Assembly: GCA_051942205.1 (NCBI GenBank)
Contig: JAVECO010000044.1
Location: 62,001 to 126,000, forward strand
Direction of reading: 5' to 3'
Source of the DNA: Coniocarpon cinnabarinum
Taxonomy: Eukaryota
DNA: 64,000 bases
The notes under the pieces were generated by a model. That model worked only from the letters and a program-made list of their open reading frames with translations. It did no database searches and was not told where the DNA came from. Every line of letters begins with the position of its first letter. The stretch's first letter is position 1. This document shows positions 37,017 through 51,536 of this stretch, in pieces. A program made the position numbers and the translations under genes.

Positions 37017-37707
37017 CTATTCTGCAAACAAGTCAGCAACGCACCTCCGATGGACAATTACTCGTGTTGTCCGAACCGATGGAGCCGATGGTGCCCAGGT
37101 TACCGGCGTTGCCGGTGTTGCCGGTACCGATTTGGCCGCTGTTTCCAGTGCTGCCGTTGCCTGAACATGTTAGCACGTCGTCAGAAACGTGTGCGAGTAG
37201 AGGCCGAGAAATGGAGAGGAGGTGCAGGAAGGTGAATTTCAGGATCATGGAGTGAGCAATGGGGCGCTGTAAAGGCGAGGACTTGGGACTAAAAGTCGTG
37301 CGAGAGTGGGAGTGCCTTACCAAACTCATCGTCACTGCCGAATTTGTTGTTACTACCATTGCCACCATTACCGTTGCCGTCGTTAGACCCCGAGCCATTA
37401 CCCGCAGAGTTGCCATTGCTTCGCCACGTCAGTCCACATCGCTTCGTTGCTGAGGATGATCGTACCCATTGCCGTTGCCATTGCCAGAGAAGGGGTTCAA
37501 CGATCCATTACCAGACTTGTCCGGGTTGCCGGAGCCATTGCCGCCGTTGCCACCGTCGCCGTTTTGGCTGCCCGGGCTGTTCGTGGCGGTAGCGCCAAAG
37601 ACGGGGGAGAGAGCGTTGCCGAGGGCGCCGGTTTGGGGGTTAGCCAGAGGAAGGGCTGCGGCGCTGGAGGCCAGGAAGAGAGTTGCGAGGAGGGTCTTGA
37701 ACTGCAT
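37017..37707 (-). CDS. Small secreted Gly/Asn/Ser-rich low-complexity protein
   Basis: Signal peptide MQFKTLLATLFLASSAAALP, then GNG-rich exons separated by GT-AG introns with CTGAC/CTAAC branch points; stop at 37017 (or 37033 if the last intron is unspliced). Confidence 0.75.
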
Positions 37708-39181
37708 TGTGATGGTGTTGAGATGATTTGAGTAGGAAAGATATGCCTGATTAAGTCTGAATATTAACAGTGTTGAGAGAGCGACTGGATTATGTTGTAA
37801 GCGAGTGACTTTGGGATGTGTGGATTATTGTAATTAGTGTTCAGGGAGAGACGTTTGTAAAAAAATGGGAAGCAATGTGTTTATAAGAATAACTCCTCAT
37901 CGCTGACAGTCGAGCCGTCGCCATTTCGAGTGACTGCATCATCCCCAAACCAAGATGCTGTACAACCGCGTTAGATTGGGAATAAACGGCATTCAAAGTG
38001 AAGTCTGGCTCGCCCAAGGCGTGTGTTATGCCGGTGCGAAAAGCAGCGACCAGAAAGGCTAGTTTCACTGAAACGGTTTCCAGATCGGGGTGTCTCCTGT
38101 CGATCCTGGTGCATGGATACCAAAGCTGCTCACCTTCATCCGGAACTGTGGTTAAGCTTACTTGAAAGTTTCGCAATCGTGTGTTGTCATTGCAATCTCA
38201 TTCAATACTCGAGAAATCAGCCGAGGAGCACCTCTGGGGCTGACATCCTGGAGAGCGTAGGAATGACGATACTGTATTACGAACATGTTCATCTCAGGTA
38301 GGTTCACAATGAGCGGTCCTACTGCTCTGACAGTTTTGTCCTATGCTCACAGGAACAAAATGAAAAGTCACGCTGGCCATGCGGAGTGCTCTGTGAGGAG
38401 AGTAGAGGAATCCGAGGTCAGACGGAAGAGATAAGCAGCGGACTCTGCGTAGGGCCATGGAATCCCAGAACAACCTCTCCGCCCCTGAATAGATGTACGA
38501 AGACACATGTAACTTTTTTCTTCGCGTTTTCGAGTATGTGTTGTTTTGGTGCTACTTCAGCAAAAATGAAATGAATGCATGACGTGCAGGCCCCTTGGCC
38601 ATGCAGTGGGTAGAGGGACCGACGCCGACCACTAAGGGAAGCTCATCTGAGGGTCATCTGGACCATGAGTTCAGCATGAGATATTCTAGTCCCCACGCAT
38701 TGAAAGAAACTGCACGGATCTCGAGTTGTGTCAAATATAGGAGTCAAAGAGCCAAAGCACGTGCCGGGCTTGGCTTTGCAATATGTTGAAAGGCGCTAAG
38801 CCATGTTGGGACTGCATCTCATCATTCTGCTCCGAAGGTACGGAGTGCTCTTTCCTGGTCCCTTCGCACCATCAATCACTTAACTGTCAGCTTGATTAGT
38901 CTGCAATATGACTATGCGAGGGCGTGCCTTTGACCGCATTGGTTGGAAAAGTCCGCCGCACCCGCGGCTATCACGAGCTTTCGGTACAAATTGGAGCGAC
39001 TGGATTTGTGAGCAAGACTCACCAAAATGACGCTCTATGACACCCGCCATGGCCCCATCATAGAAAATTTGACGTTGAATGACCTTTCGCTGAACCTTTA
39101 TAAGTAAAGCAGCTTCATTGTTGCTCGTGATTGCCGTCCAAGGATCCCAGACGAAACACACAAGGGGCTATCGTGCTCGTT

Positions 39182-41287
39182 ATGTCTTTGCCGACTCTTG
39201 CTGGGGGACTCCCCCTAATTGAGACCGTTTCTGAACGTGACTCAAGGCATTCTTCTCGAATTGAAGCCCATGAAGACCAAAGTCAAACGGTAAATATTCT
39301 GCCCTCCACGTGATATGTTTGCCTGCATTGCTTGCTCGAATTGCTTTGGATAGGAGACCAAGTGTTCGCTGGAGAATGTACCGTTGTGGTCCTAGAAAAG
39401 TTGGTGTGTTAAACAGGAGGAAAACACCACAAGAGATCAAAATCGTGTTCCTTCATTCAGGACAGGACTTTGTGAGCTGACAAGCATTCACAACTAGCAG
39501 GCAGAGTTACCAATTGAGCAAGAAGCACATACGCAGACCCCATCACGGACCTCAATCGCGGAGCCCACCAGCAGAGATGAGCTTGTGCAGCCACTTGAGA
39601 GGACTCATCTGGCACTCCACAACATACAGACGGACATCAGTCGACGGAGCACAAGCCAGCAACGACGCGTAACGGAACACTTCGAGGAGGGCTCACCTAC
39701 CGATGCTTTGGCTTCTAGCTCTGCATACCAAGGCGTTCCTCCCGAGTTACGCAATCTCCTTGCAGAGGTCGTCTTCATATTAGTATGTTCAATGGGCCAA
39801 CTGCTCTTTGCCATCAACCTTGGCAACACGCTGGTCAACATGTTTGAGTTTGTCTCGGCCTTAGGGATCAGTTACTCTTTGACCCCATGGCTTACTGGAT
39901 CGTTCCTCCTACCGCTGGGCCTGTCAGTCGTCGTCGCCGGTAGCGTCAGTGATCTCTCTGCGCCAAAGAATCTCATAGTAGGATCTTTCACCTGGCAGAC
40001 CGTGTGGAACATTGCTGGCTTCTTTTCAATCAGTCCGGGTCGAAAGTTGTTGTACTTTGTCGTTCGAGCCATGCAAGGTCTGGCTGTTGGTGTGCTAGTG
40101 TCTGCTTCGATGAGCGTCCTGGGAAGGACCTACCGTCCTGGCGTCCGCAAGACACGGGTTTTCTCGTTTATGGCAGCGATGGCACCTCTTGGGTGCTGGA
40201 TCGGAGCTTTGCAAGGTGGCGCGCTGCAAGCTCACTTGCCGTGGATCTTCGGGTCGAGCGCTATACACTGTGGCATCTGCGCTGTCGCTGGAATGCTCAC
40301 GATCCCTTCATTGAAGCCAGTCAAGGACACAATGGACGGAGATGCACCATCTATGAAGAATTTCGATTACCTTGGCGCCAGCTGTCTCACCGTTGCGACT
40401 GCATTGATTCTGTTTGGGTTGACGCAAGGAAGCTCAACTCACTGGAACCCGTACACGTATTCATTGGTTGTGGCTGGATTGGTCTTCTTCGTTGCTTTCT
40501 TCTACATTGAGCGGAGAGCATCGCGCCCGATCATTCCCAATCAGCTCTGGAAAACACCAGGTTTTCTGCCGCTTATAATTTCCTACTTCCTCGGCATTGG
40601 ATCTTATATTGGAGCATGGTTTTTTTATATGATTCAGTTCTGGCTGCGATACCAGAATGCGACTCCACTGGGCTGCGCACTGCGGATCACACCCAATGCC
40701 ATTGCAGGTCTCTTGGCAACTTACATCGTATCGAGGACATTGCATCGGGTCCCTGGTCATTGGATCTTGACGGTCAGCATGATTGCCTACGCGTTTGGCC
40801 CGATCTTTTTCCTTCCGCAAACGCCCGGAACGAGTTACTTTGCTCTAGCTATGCCAGGCATATTTCTCAACACCTTCGGACCTGATCTTTCTTTTGCTGC
40901 AGCCAGCATTTTTATTACTTCAAGTGTACCCAAGTCTTACCAAGGCAGTGCAGGTGAGCAGCTCTGTTGAATTTTTTGTTCTTATAATCTCAATCTATAC
41001 GATGTGAATTCTGCGGTTGTCGGCACGTTACCTAACGTATGTCGCACGCTAATACGCTCTGGATAGGCAGCCTGCTGGTCACAGTTCAGAACCTTAGCGC
41101 GGCTGTGGTCACAAGCCTTGCCGACTCCATTGGCAATCAAGTTGACAACAATGCTGATGGGCTCATTGGACTAACAGGAATGCGCGCAATCTGGGGATTT
41201 GCCTTGGGCGTGTCCATCCTCGGAGCAGTGATATGCGCCACAATGGTCAGGATCGACAAGACTGAGGAGAAAGAGCACATCAGTTGA
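39182..41287 (+). CDS. MFS DHA2 transporter (Atr1-like)
   Basis: EVVFILVCSMGQLL, VRAMQGLAVG, DYLGA and GPDLSFAAASIFITSSVPKSYQGSAG; probable exon 1 at 39182-39289, last exon ends 41287. Confidence 0.88.
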
Positions 41288-42276
41288 AAGAGATGCTCCG
41301 TCAAGAATCCCCATAGTCACGCCGAAATGGTTATTAATGGCAATGACCAGAGATCAAGAAGAGCCAGGCCGAGACTCGCGGAGAAAAGGGGGTTGGAAAT
41401 GACGGCACGATGGCGCTAACGTAGCTTCACGATAGCTTATGTTGTGGAGGATGGACGGCTGACTTCGGCATCCACGCCAAGGTCGTGATGAGAAGAAATA
41501 CGAACACTTGCGATGTGCTGAGGGACTCGTAGCTTGTGCGTTAGTTGTTCGATATCGATGCTTGGTCGTGGGGAAAATTGTGGTTGTAGTTCTTGGATGC
41601 CTGCAGACGCACAGAGACATCAAAATGTCAGCTGACCAGCTTCGCACGTGCGGGCGGTGAAGGGGGCCAAAACGACATCAGCCAAGAAACGGTAGGGCAG
41701 CTAGCGCGCGGCGAGTGGCAGCCAGAGTCGCAGGATTTTGGTGATAGGCTTTTATTGCTGCGCTCCATTTCACTTTCCCCCTGCATCCGTGAGCGAGCTA
41801 ACAGCCACGCAACCCGCCAGGCCGCAAGAGCCACCACGAGCCACGCGGAGGCAATCCTTCAACGCGACCCTCGACCCTCTCTCTCGCGCTGTCTCCTGCT
41901 GCTCCCTGCTTTAGTCCACCTTCACGTCCATACAGCCAATCGCAGGCCCCTTCTCCAGGCCTGCGCCAGCCAACATTTCACCCCCATCAAATCCTCCCCC
42001 CTCCGCGGATTCCATACCCTCCTCAGCTCCTATTAAATTCCTTCACTGCGCCTCCCCCTCTCTTCGCCTTGACGATTTCTGAAACGACCTCAAAATCCTC
42101 AACATCTGCCGGTCGCGGGTTCTCTTCTCTATCCAACGACTCGAGGGGGCCCCAACCAACGCTTGCTCTCCATCACCGCCTGTCCCCTCTCACCCGCGGC
42201 ACTTGTTTGAGAATGGTCACAGGCCTTTCGTGAACGTGACCACGAATCGCTCTTCCCTCCCCTCCTCTCCAGAGAC

Positions 42277-43842
42277 ATGTTTAGTTCCTCGCGTGGCAAT
42301 TACGCTCCCCTTGGTGAAGACGCCAACGGACATCCCCGTAGCTTGAAATCCGGCCGTTCTCCCCACATGGTTCAAAGAATAATTCCAGAGAGCAGGACAT
42401 TCTTCCGAATCATCCTCGGCTGCACCTTTGCCCTGGGCATAATCGCATTACTAAAGACTACCGGCACCGGCGAAAGGGTACAGAAATACTACTCACAGGG
42501 ATACGGCTGCGATCAGAGCTCGAAATATGACTGCTCACATTGTCTGGGGTTGGTAGAAGAATCGAAAGAAGCCGCTGACACGAGGTGGCGATTTGACTGG
42601 AAACGAGATGGTGGCAAGTATGGGCTCAGCGAAAATCAGTGCGACGCGGCGTTTCCGGGACTGTGGAAGGACATGGAGATAACGTTGAGCAAGCGAGATG
42701 GTGTCAATGTCACTCTTGAGGAGTTGGACGAGAGCATGGAGGGCGAAGGTGCTATTCGATGCATGATCTATGACGGAGAAGTAAGTTCCCAGCCATTTGA
42801 GAGCCACGAGTTCTCAAATCTTTGCGAATGGTGTCTGACTCACTCCGCCAGCTATACATAATTGATTCTAACCGGGTTCACGAACCACATTTCTTCCACC
42901 GAGCCATGTCCACCCTCCAGGGGCTCTACCGCGCCATTGTCGCGATGCCCGATCCCAAGGCGCTGCCCAACATTGAATTCGTTCTCAACATCCATGACAA
43001 GACGGATTACGCCTACGACCGCATGCCTAGCGGACCCAATCGTGCCGTGTGGACTTACACAAGACTGGCAACGCAGGACAAGGTCTGGCTCATGCCCGAT
43101 TTCGGCTTCTTCAGTTGGCCCGAAGGCCACATCGGCACACCGACCGAAGTCGCCATGCGCGTCGACGAAATCGAAGCCGGTCTCCAGTTCCAGGATAAGA
43201 TCGAGAAGATCTTCTGGCGGGGTGCCATTAACACTGCACCTGACATTCGTGGCTCGCTAGTGAACGAGACAATCGGCAAGCCCTGGGCAGACGTCGAGGA
43301 GATCCACTGGGGAGACCCAGAGAACGAGAAGAAGTATTTGACGCCCATTACGGATCATTGCCGATGGATGTTCCTCGCGCATACTGAAGGTGAGTCTCAT
43401 CAACTATTGTCTCGTCATCACATGCTCGCGTGCTGATGCCGATCATCCAGGTCACTCCTACTCCGGCCGCCTCAAATACCTCCAAAATTGCCGCTCGGTC
43501 ATCGTCGCACATAAGCTCCACTGGCTCCAGCCACCCAACTACATGATGGTCGCCTCGGGCGAGAACCAGAACTTCGTCGAAGTCGAGCGCGACTTCTCAG
43601 ACCTCCAGCCCGCCATCATGAAGCTGATTGAGAATCCCACGAAAGCGCAGAAGATCGCCGACAACCAAATCAAGACGTTCAAGCAGCGCTACTTGACACC
43701 CGCCGCGGAGGCCTGCTACTGGCGGAAACTGTTCTACGCGTGGGCAAACGTGAGTCCCGTGCCGCAGTTCAAGAATCAGGAAGGGCAGTGGCGCGGGATG
43801 CCGTTTGAGACTTATGCGATGATGAAGCAGACGCAATATTAG
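42277..43842 (+). CDS. Glycosyltransferase family 90 (CAP10/DUF821)
   Basis: Type II TM, CDAAFPGL, LPNIEFVLN, WLMPDFGFFSWPE, KIFWRG, HTEG.SYSGRLKYLQNC and YLTPAAEACYWR. Confidence 0.92.
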
Positions 43843-44805
43843 ATGCGTTTGGCCGGGCTGGGATTGGACTTGTACGGCGTTCTGAAGGTGTTTGGGAAGG
43901 ACTATACACGTTGCTGTTGCTGTATGGCACGAAGACTTTGTTCGCAAGGATTGAGTCATTCTCAAAGGACGGCTTTCATTATTCTATAGGAGGTCACTGT
44001 ATGTGAATGTGCCTTGTGGATCACACGCAGGCGCATTGCAAGAAGCAAAATGGGCGGTGTTTTGGAAAGCTGTAGGTGATTTGTCTAATGAGCAAAGCTA
44101 TCGTGCAGCTATTTTTCGATATCTTACCATATGTGCAAGAATCAAAGAATGATTTCGTACATCTCATTCTCCTTTTCTGTGTTTCTTTTGGACAGCTGAG
44201 CATGCACTGTTTTACGGGGTCCACATTAGTGGGCGCGGGTGGGAGAGGTGGATGCGTGGGAACTTGAGAAGAGAAGAGAAGAAAGGAAGACTTTGTGCCG
44301 GCAGTGAGAGCGTGCAGCGTTTTCCTATTGCCTATTGAATTTACGTGAGTGATTGTCAGAACAAGCGCCTCATTTTGGATAAAAGCAAAGGATGGAAGCT
44401 AGGAGGTTGATGCACTGGGACGTGGTGTGAGGTGGTAATAGCGCAAGTCTACTTACCTGACGATGCGTTAAGCAGGGTGGATTCCTGTGTTATGAAGCTT
44501 GACTGAGGTATGCTGACAGGTGGAGAAGGCAGAGTTGCTGTGATAAAGTGACAGCCTGCTAAAGCGGATATGACGTGCTATTAGTACGCTTCTCGACGGC
44601 ACAAAGTGCCGATATCTCTGATCATCCTGCAATGTGCAAACACCAGAGCAGCTGACAAGAAGTAACAGGAAAGAGTAGGAAGAACGCCAAGTTGCAGATG
44701 AGCTCTTCCTTCTAGTTCTAATACCATCTCCAATCTATGTTCAATATTCCCAAAAATCAACCAACCTCCCAAGCATCGCGAGCTCAGCCCTCCATGTTCG
44801 AGACT

Positions 44806-46138
44806 CTACCCCTTCAAAGCCACCGGATACTTCAGCGTCTCGATCTCCTCCGGATACCGAATCCCGCCCTGCTTCCTCACCTCGTCGCAAACCTCCATGA
44901 TGACGCAACTCTCCTCCCAGCCCAGAAATCGTCCCTCTTGTCGTCCCTCCACCAGCGCAAAACCCGCCTCATCTGCCTCCCAAAACATGCCGTGGCCTTC
45001 GCCCTCCGCGTTCATGGCGCCGAAGCCGTTGTAGAAGCCGCTTCCCTTGCCGGGACCAGGCTGCGGCCAGTTCTTATCCTCGATCGTGCCATCGCTGAGA
45101 ACCACGCGGGTTCTCGTCGGGCGGTAGGTTGGGAAGTAAACGGTGGCTTCGCCTTTGGAGCCGTAGACTCGTACAGCTGGACCCGCGCTGCCCTTGTCGT
45201 CGGAGTCGGTAGCGCAGTTGATACTTGTGGTTGCGATGCCGTGGGCGTCGCCGCCTTGTGACGCGGGGCGCGGGAAGGTGAGGATCATGCTGCTGGTTTC
45301 GTCGACGCCGGTGGGTGTGTATTTCTTGACGGACGCCTGCACCGTGGGTTTTTGCCGCGTCGCGGGGTCCTGGGTTAGATACAACGTCTGGAAACACCAG
45401 TTGATGGGGTAGACGCCGAGATCGAGGAGGGCGCCGCCGGCGAGGGAGGCGTTCACCATGCGGTGTTTGTTCCCGTCTTTGCCGTATTTGTTCAAAGGAT
45501 CGTCGCTATTGCTTAGATCGGCGGCGACTCTGGTGACGGTGCCGAGACGACCGGACGTGATCTGCTCGCGGATGTAGATGCTCAGGGGGAAGTACCGCGT
45601 CCAGACCGCTTCGATAAGGATGCAGTTGTTCTTCTTGGCGAGGGCGACGAGCTCACGCGCTTGTGCGGCATTGACGGTGAAGGCCTTTTCGCAGAGGACA
45701 TGCTTGCGAGCTTCGAGGCAGAGGCGCGCGTTTTGGTAGTGGTGCGAGTGGGGAGTGGCGATGTAGATGACGTCGACGTTGGGGTCTTGGACGAGTTCTT
45801 CGTAGGAGCCGTAGGCCTGTCATTATCTCTTATTAGAGGGCGGTTCAGGTAAAAATGTGGGAGAAGGGAGTACCTTTGCGCTGGCGGGAGCTTTTACGTC
45901 TTTGCTGAGGAAGTCCTGGGCGCGTTGCTTCGAGGATGACGAAGCGGCTGCGGCGATTTCGTGGCGGATGTTGGTTACGCCGCGGGTCTTGGGGTCGACG
46001 AGGAGATCGCGAGTGAAGGCGCCGGCGATGCCACCGGTGGCTATTCGATATGTCAGTTAGCAATGTGCTACAGTCACATGCTGCTCAGGTTTGCAACTCA
46101 CCTAGGATACCCCAGCGAATGGTTCTAGGCTCTGACAT
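44806..46138 (-). CDS. Gfo/Idh/MocA-family NAD(P)-dependent oxidoreductase (dihydrodiol dehydrogenase-like)
   Basis: MSEPRTIRWGILATGGIA, VDVIYIATPHSHH, HVLCEKAFTVNA, EAVWTRYFP and GGALLDLGVYP. Confidence 0.92.
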
Positions 46139-47268
46139 GGCTGGGTTGAAAGATTCTCTGGATAATTTTCAGGAACTTCTCAAAAGCTGGTGGGAATTTC
46201 GTGTAACTAGAGCGCATCAGCGCTGGTTTTAAGAAAACTCATTCTGGAGGACCTGCCCATTGGAGGTACGAGGGGTGTGGAGGGACGTCATCGCGGTCTT
46301 GAATGCGCCGAACACCGACAGTGAGATGGATATGCAGATGTGTATGGAAAATCAACTTCATCTATTGCTACATAACGACTACGCATACCTACTGAGCTGC
46401 CTTGCAGCCCATCTCAATGCTTGAAACGAGCGCTGGAGCTATGCAAGATTGGGAAGAATGTCGGGGACCGTGATGTCACATATTGCGCTTCACCTCCTGA
46501 CACGGAACGACGATCAGTACCTAAATGATGGAGGGGACAACTCTACACTTGAGCGCGAGAATGAAGAAACATTGGTTCGAAGCAAATCCAATTGGAAGCG
46601 CTTTACTGCGTCCTCTCAAGGTGTGCCAGGGAGGTGTCAAGGCTCCTGGTACCAGAGCAACAAATTCCTCATGTCTCGCGGATCCGTGATCTGGAGAACT
46701 TTCTGGATCATACCTTATTTCGCATAGGCTCAAGAGAGCAAAGCTCCTGAAAGAGCAAAAATGGCCTTGAACACATGCCCATCTTGCTTTGTCCAATCGT
46801 CAGCGTAGCATTTTCGTGGTGGCTCGTCATCATGACGGATACTGTTGCTGTGCCCAGTCAATTTAGGTCAAGTGGACTGGAGATTAAGCAATTCCGGATG
46901 CCCCATGAAAAGTTCGAAGCAAAGGCAATGCATGGCTGCTAGGGCAACGTCAAAACGCAACAGAGCAAAACGAATCTCGCATCTTCCTCTTCTCGATTGT
47001 GCAATCTCGCGAGAGGCCACCGCATCCGCTTTTGAACGTGCTCACCTGTAAAGCACTCACCTCACGCAAACGCTTCGCTCTCCTAGCCACATTCTGCAAA
47101 GAATTTTCACTTCATTTCACGACTTCTCGATTTGGCATCCATACCCGTCCCATCGTAATCAAATAACTTCCACTGCACTTCGCCATCATTACCCCAGTTT
47201 TACCTGCCAATCCTGCAACATCAACCTGCTACATCACGGTCGACCCGCTCGCCTGCTTGCATGCCTAT

Positions 47269-49628
47269 ATGGACATCATGAACTCTCCAGTCTACGGCGG
47301 TCGTGGCAGTGACGTGACAAGCGATGGATTTCCGAACTTCATCGACGGTGATGTACAACTCGTTATTGCCCCGGGACAGTCATATCAATTGCATGCACGC
47401 ACGCTGAAAATGTATTCGAGCCGCTTCGACAGCATCTTGAACCCCGAAGATGCGACAAAACTCGAAGCGTCGGTGCGCCGTAAAGGCGTCACCACCGTTT
47501 TCCGCGTCGAATTTGTCTCTCCCTCAGAGTGTCGCAAAAAGGGCTGGCCGGCAACGCTATGGCATCAAGAGGCTGGTGGTCTCAAACTTCGGGTAGGTCT
47601 TGCTGATCCATTCGTTGATGCTGGTTTGCATCTTCACGAACATCGATCTCGTTCCCGTTGTCTCCGCTGACGTCTCTATCACAGCGTCTCGACCAGCGTG
47701 GCCGTCCCACCGGGCACTCTGCAACTAATCTTGATAGGGCTCTGGATGCGGGTCTAGCAACAAATAAGCTCTTCGGTCACTGGGACAATGTTCTTCGTGC
47801 AATGCATCAAACGCCGATGAATTTTGATACCCCCGGCACCGACTACAGCGATGAACCTATTGATCTGGCCTCACTGGTCAACGATATCACCGGCATCTGT
47901 GCGGTCGCAGATTATCTCAGCTGCATGCGTGTCGTGACCCACCAGATTGACAACGCCTTGATCAAGCAGGGTCAAATTCTTTGGGTTGCTATCGCGGCAG
48001 CGCCCTGGCGCTGGGCCGACCTTGGGATGCGTGTTCATAGCGAACTCATCTTTCGCGAAGCAATGTGTCATCTTGTTGGTCGCTGGCCTCGTCTCACCTA
48101 CCAAGCTTCCAAAGTCGATGAGTTGTACCCGTTCGGCGGCCACGACGCCCTCAACAGCGACCTACGTTATACCACCGAGCACAACCTCCCTGACCCTCGC
48201 GAACTTCTGGCTATCATTGATGATGAAAAAGAACAGGCGGAGCTCGAGGTTTCACAAGAGAGCGCTCGCAAAGCTTATGACATTATCTCAGAGCTCAGTC
48301 CAGAAGTCAGGACATTGATTCAGCGGAAGGTAGCGGAGCTGGATCATCTCAAGCGTGCTACGAATATGCGTCTCATGGGCTATTATCCCAGCTTCTTCGC
48401 GCGCTCAGGGACCAATACCACCAGCGGGCCCAAGATTCAGACAATTGGCGATACTATAACAACGCTGGGCCAGCGATTCCAAAATGTACATGGCTACACT
48501 CTTCCTGGGCTGGCATCGGGTGCCGCTGCCGCAGGAAGCGTGACTCTCCCCAATCTAGGGTTTGGCCCTGCGTCACATTCGAACAGGAACTCTGGCGCCA
48601 ACTTCCGTACGCAGGATTATGCAAAAGGCATCCTGGGCTGGATGGCTATCACGTTGTTCCGCCATTGGTTCGGGCAATACGTCATTCGCATCAACGCCGG
48701 ATATCCACAGCTCGACGGCGGACATGACATCTACATTTCGATTGCGAAAGGTGGTGAGCACTACCTTGGTCACCCTGGTGTTGAGGGTTTTTGCAGCTGG
48801 TTCCCGCTGTCTGCTAAGAGCCGCCGAGAGTTTGACAATGTCATTGGGAAGATCAAAGACGAGCTGAAAGGATACGTTGAGGACGTTAACAAAAACCGTC
48901 TCACGCTCGACCTCGAGAAGGCAGCAGGCTTCGTCGCTAGAGATGCCGGAGGTGTTGAGGGAGTGTTCGGCAAAGACGCTGGGATCGGCGTGCGCAAGGG
49001 AAAGCTCGAGCTCAAGTACCTGGTCTGCAGCGAAGTCACCGGCTTGGAGTTGCCCTGGCGTCTCGCAGAATTGAAGAGAGACAAGGGACTGACGCCAAGG
49101 GGAAAGGGTGTGCCACCTGGATTCAGCGGCAGAGTCGCAACGCCGAATACGATGGGCTCAACTTCTTCAGCACGGCGCCGAACTACCACTGAAGCAGATG
49201 TCCTTGCGATGAATGATGACACGCCGGTGGCTATGAGCAGGAAGAGCTCCGCGAAACGCGCCCGCTTCGCAGATCAAGAACCAATTAGCCGCTTCTCGCC
49301 GCACCGCACGCACGAACTCGATAAAGAGGGCCCTCCTCGAAAGCGCCGCAATGCTTTTGGGTCCGCGGAAGACGCAGCAGCCCCTACACCTGTTCTCAAT
49401 CCCGAAGATGACGATGAAATTGAAGCATTCGATGATGTTGACGCGGAGCAAGCGCTCAGGTCGTCGTCCTCGCCGCTCTTCGAACGTGAAGCAGCGGTTA
49501 AAGACGCTTCAGTGGAAGCATCCTCCAGTGCTTGGGGCAAGGGTCTCAATGAAAAGCAGAGTACACCTGAAGATGGGCACGAGAAATCTGCTCAAGGCGG
49601 GAACTCCCTGTTCTTGTCGCCAGGATAA
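47269..49628 (+). CDS. Hypothetical protein with N-terminal BTB/POZ-like domain
   Basis: DGDVQLVIAPGQSYQLHARTLKMYSSRF, VADYLSC and SELIFREAMCHLVGRW; intron about 47593-47684. Confidence 0.7.
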
Positions 49629-49981
49629 GGTCAAAAGTGCTCAGTGCAACAGCTGAACTCTCTCAAGAAAGTTGGACTTGAAATCCAGCTCAGTATGGCT
49701 GTGGCATTCGTGCGTTGCTTGGAAGAAAGTAAAATGAAGTGTCAAAGACCTCAGTCGCTTTGCTGTACAAGTCACGGAAAGCGCTAGTATTGTTTGGAAT
49801 CGCCCAACATGTCTGATAGTTGCGAGTTCCAATCGCATTCAGCATTTGATGTAGTGTAATTGCAGCGCTCTCTGTGCTGGTAGATAGAAAGCTTGTCACA
49901 AGTACATTCGGCATACTATGTTTCGCAATGCAATATCGCTCGAATTTTCAACGTTCGTATTCATACAGAGTTTTGACCAAA

Positions 49982-51536
49982 TCATTGAGCTTTCTTCGCC
50001 CTCCTTAGCTCCTCCTCACTAGGTGCGCTCCACAACCACACACACACAAACCAGCACCATCCCACGATCGTCGCGCCAATTCCGAGCATCCAGACGTAGG
50101 CTCCACTAATGGCATAGCTCCGCGGGTACTCATCGTGCGCGAAGTGTCTCACTGTCACGGTCCGCTTCTCGTCTACGTAAGTCAAGAAGGGTCGCTTGTA
50201 ATTTAATCTGAAGTTGAAGATGCCATGTTGGTCTGGGAGCTGGAATGTCGTGGTGAACACTGTTGAGTTTTGGGGACTGGGCTGGTATGTTGATGGTTCG
50301 AGTGAGAGGCGGTGATAGGGGTTAAGCATTGTGAATTCGAGTTGGAGTGAGTCGCCCATTGGGATGTTGAAAGGGACCCAGTGGTCGTAGCTGTATTCGG
50401 AAAGCTCGACGAAATATGTCTGTGAATCGTTAATATCAGCGTTTCGACGTCCCAGGTTTTCTTCGAAATGCGAACATACCACAGTGTTCTTGATCCGGTA
50501 AATGCTGGGATTGATCTCTGCAACTGTAACGCTGCTGTCATTGACTGGGACTTGCACCCCTCTCATGGACTTCATCCGCACAGGTTCATTCAGGTAGTGC
50601 TGCAGCTTGCCAACTTTCAATACACCCAGCTCCTTGAAAGTCCACGCACTCAACCTTCTCGCGAAGTCTCGATTGCCACTTTTCTCCTTCTTACCCTCGG
50701 GTAGCTTGACACCAGCATCAAACCACGTATCTTGGAGCGCCTCAGCACTGCCTAGGACCGTGAAGCGAGCAGAGTTGCGAGCTTGCATAGTAGAGACCAG
50801 ACTGAGCTGACTGCCCGTTGCAAAGGGCTCCTCGGCAGCCTCTGCTTCGTCTTTAGAATTGTAACTGTATGCTGTGCTTGGTGCCGTCAAGATGGGCGCA
50901 ATGAGCGGATTGGCATTTCCCAGACTCTGTCCAAGAGAATGTGAAAAAGCGAGCAGACCGTCCCCACTGAAGTAATTGCGCACATCTTTTCGTCGGGGCT
51001 CGGGATGTTGAAGCAGGAGAACATTGTGATCTTCTGATGCGGACTGAGCGTCATAGTTGAAGTGGTCAACTACAGTTGCGTCGCGGTCTGCTGGGATGGA
51101 AATGTCAAGCTCGAGGAGGAGCGAGTTTAGTGAAGTCGGTGTCGCGGTGACGGAGGACAGAGCAAGTAAGATGTTGCCTTCTTCTTTCTGAAAGTCAAGA
51201 AGTATCTGAGGCGTAAGTGTCGGGCCTAAAGATTTCAGTTTGGAAGGGAGAATGAGGAGGTGGTCGTAGGCGCGGGTGCCCAAGTGAAAGATGCGCGGAG
51301 ACGATTTTGGAGTCGCGAATGTAGTTTGATAGCCTCGTCCTAAAGAAATCATAAGCTTTTGATCATGACAGTAGCGGCATATGCGGTATACCTTCAAGAT
51401 CTGAAAAGAATTGCGAATACTTATCCGTGCTGTCGTCTTCATCAATGATGACGAGTAAGCGGTTTCCACTGGAGCTGATGGCCTGGACCAGCCCAATGAG
51501 GGCTAATAGCAGCCATGACAAGTACTGCCAGCGCAT
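49982..51536 (-). CDS. WBP1: Oligosaccharyltransferase subunit Wbp1/OST48
   Basis: Signal MRWQYLSWLLLALIGLVQA, MQARNSARFTVLGS, LEFTMLNPYHR, LPDQHGIFNFRLNYKRPFLT, VRHFAHDEYPRS and C-terminal TM with KKAQ retrieval signal. Confidence 0.95.
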
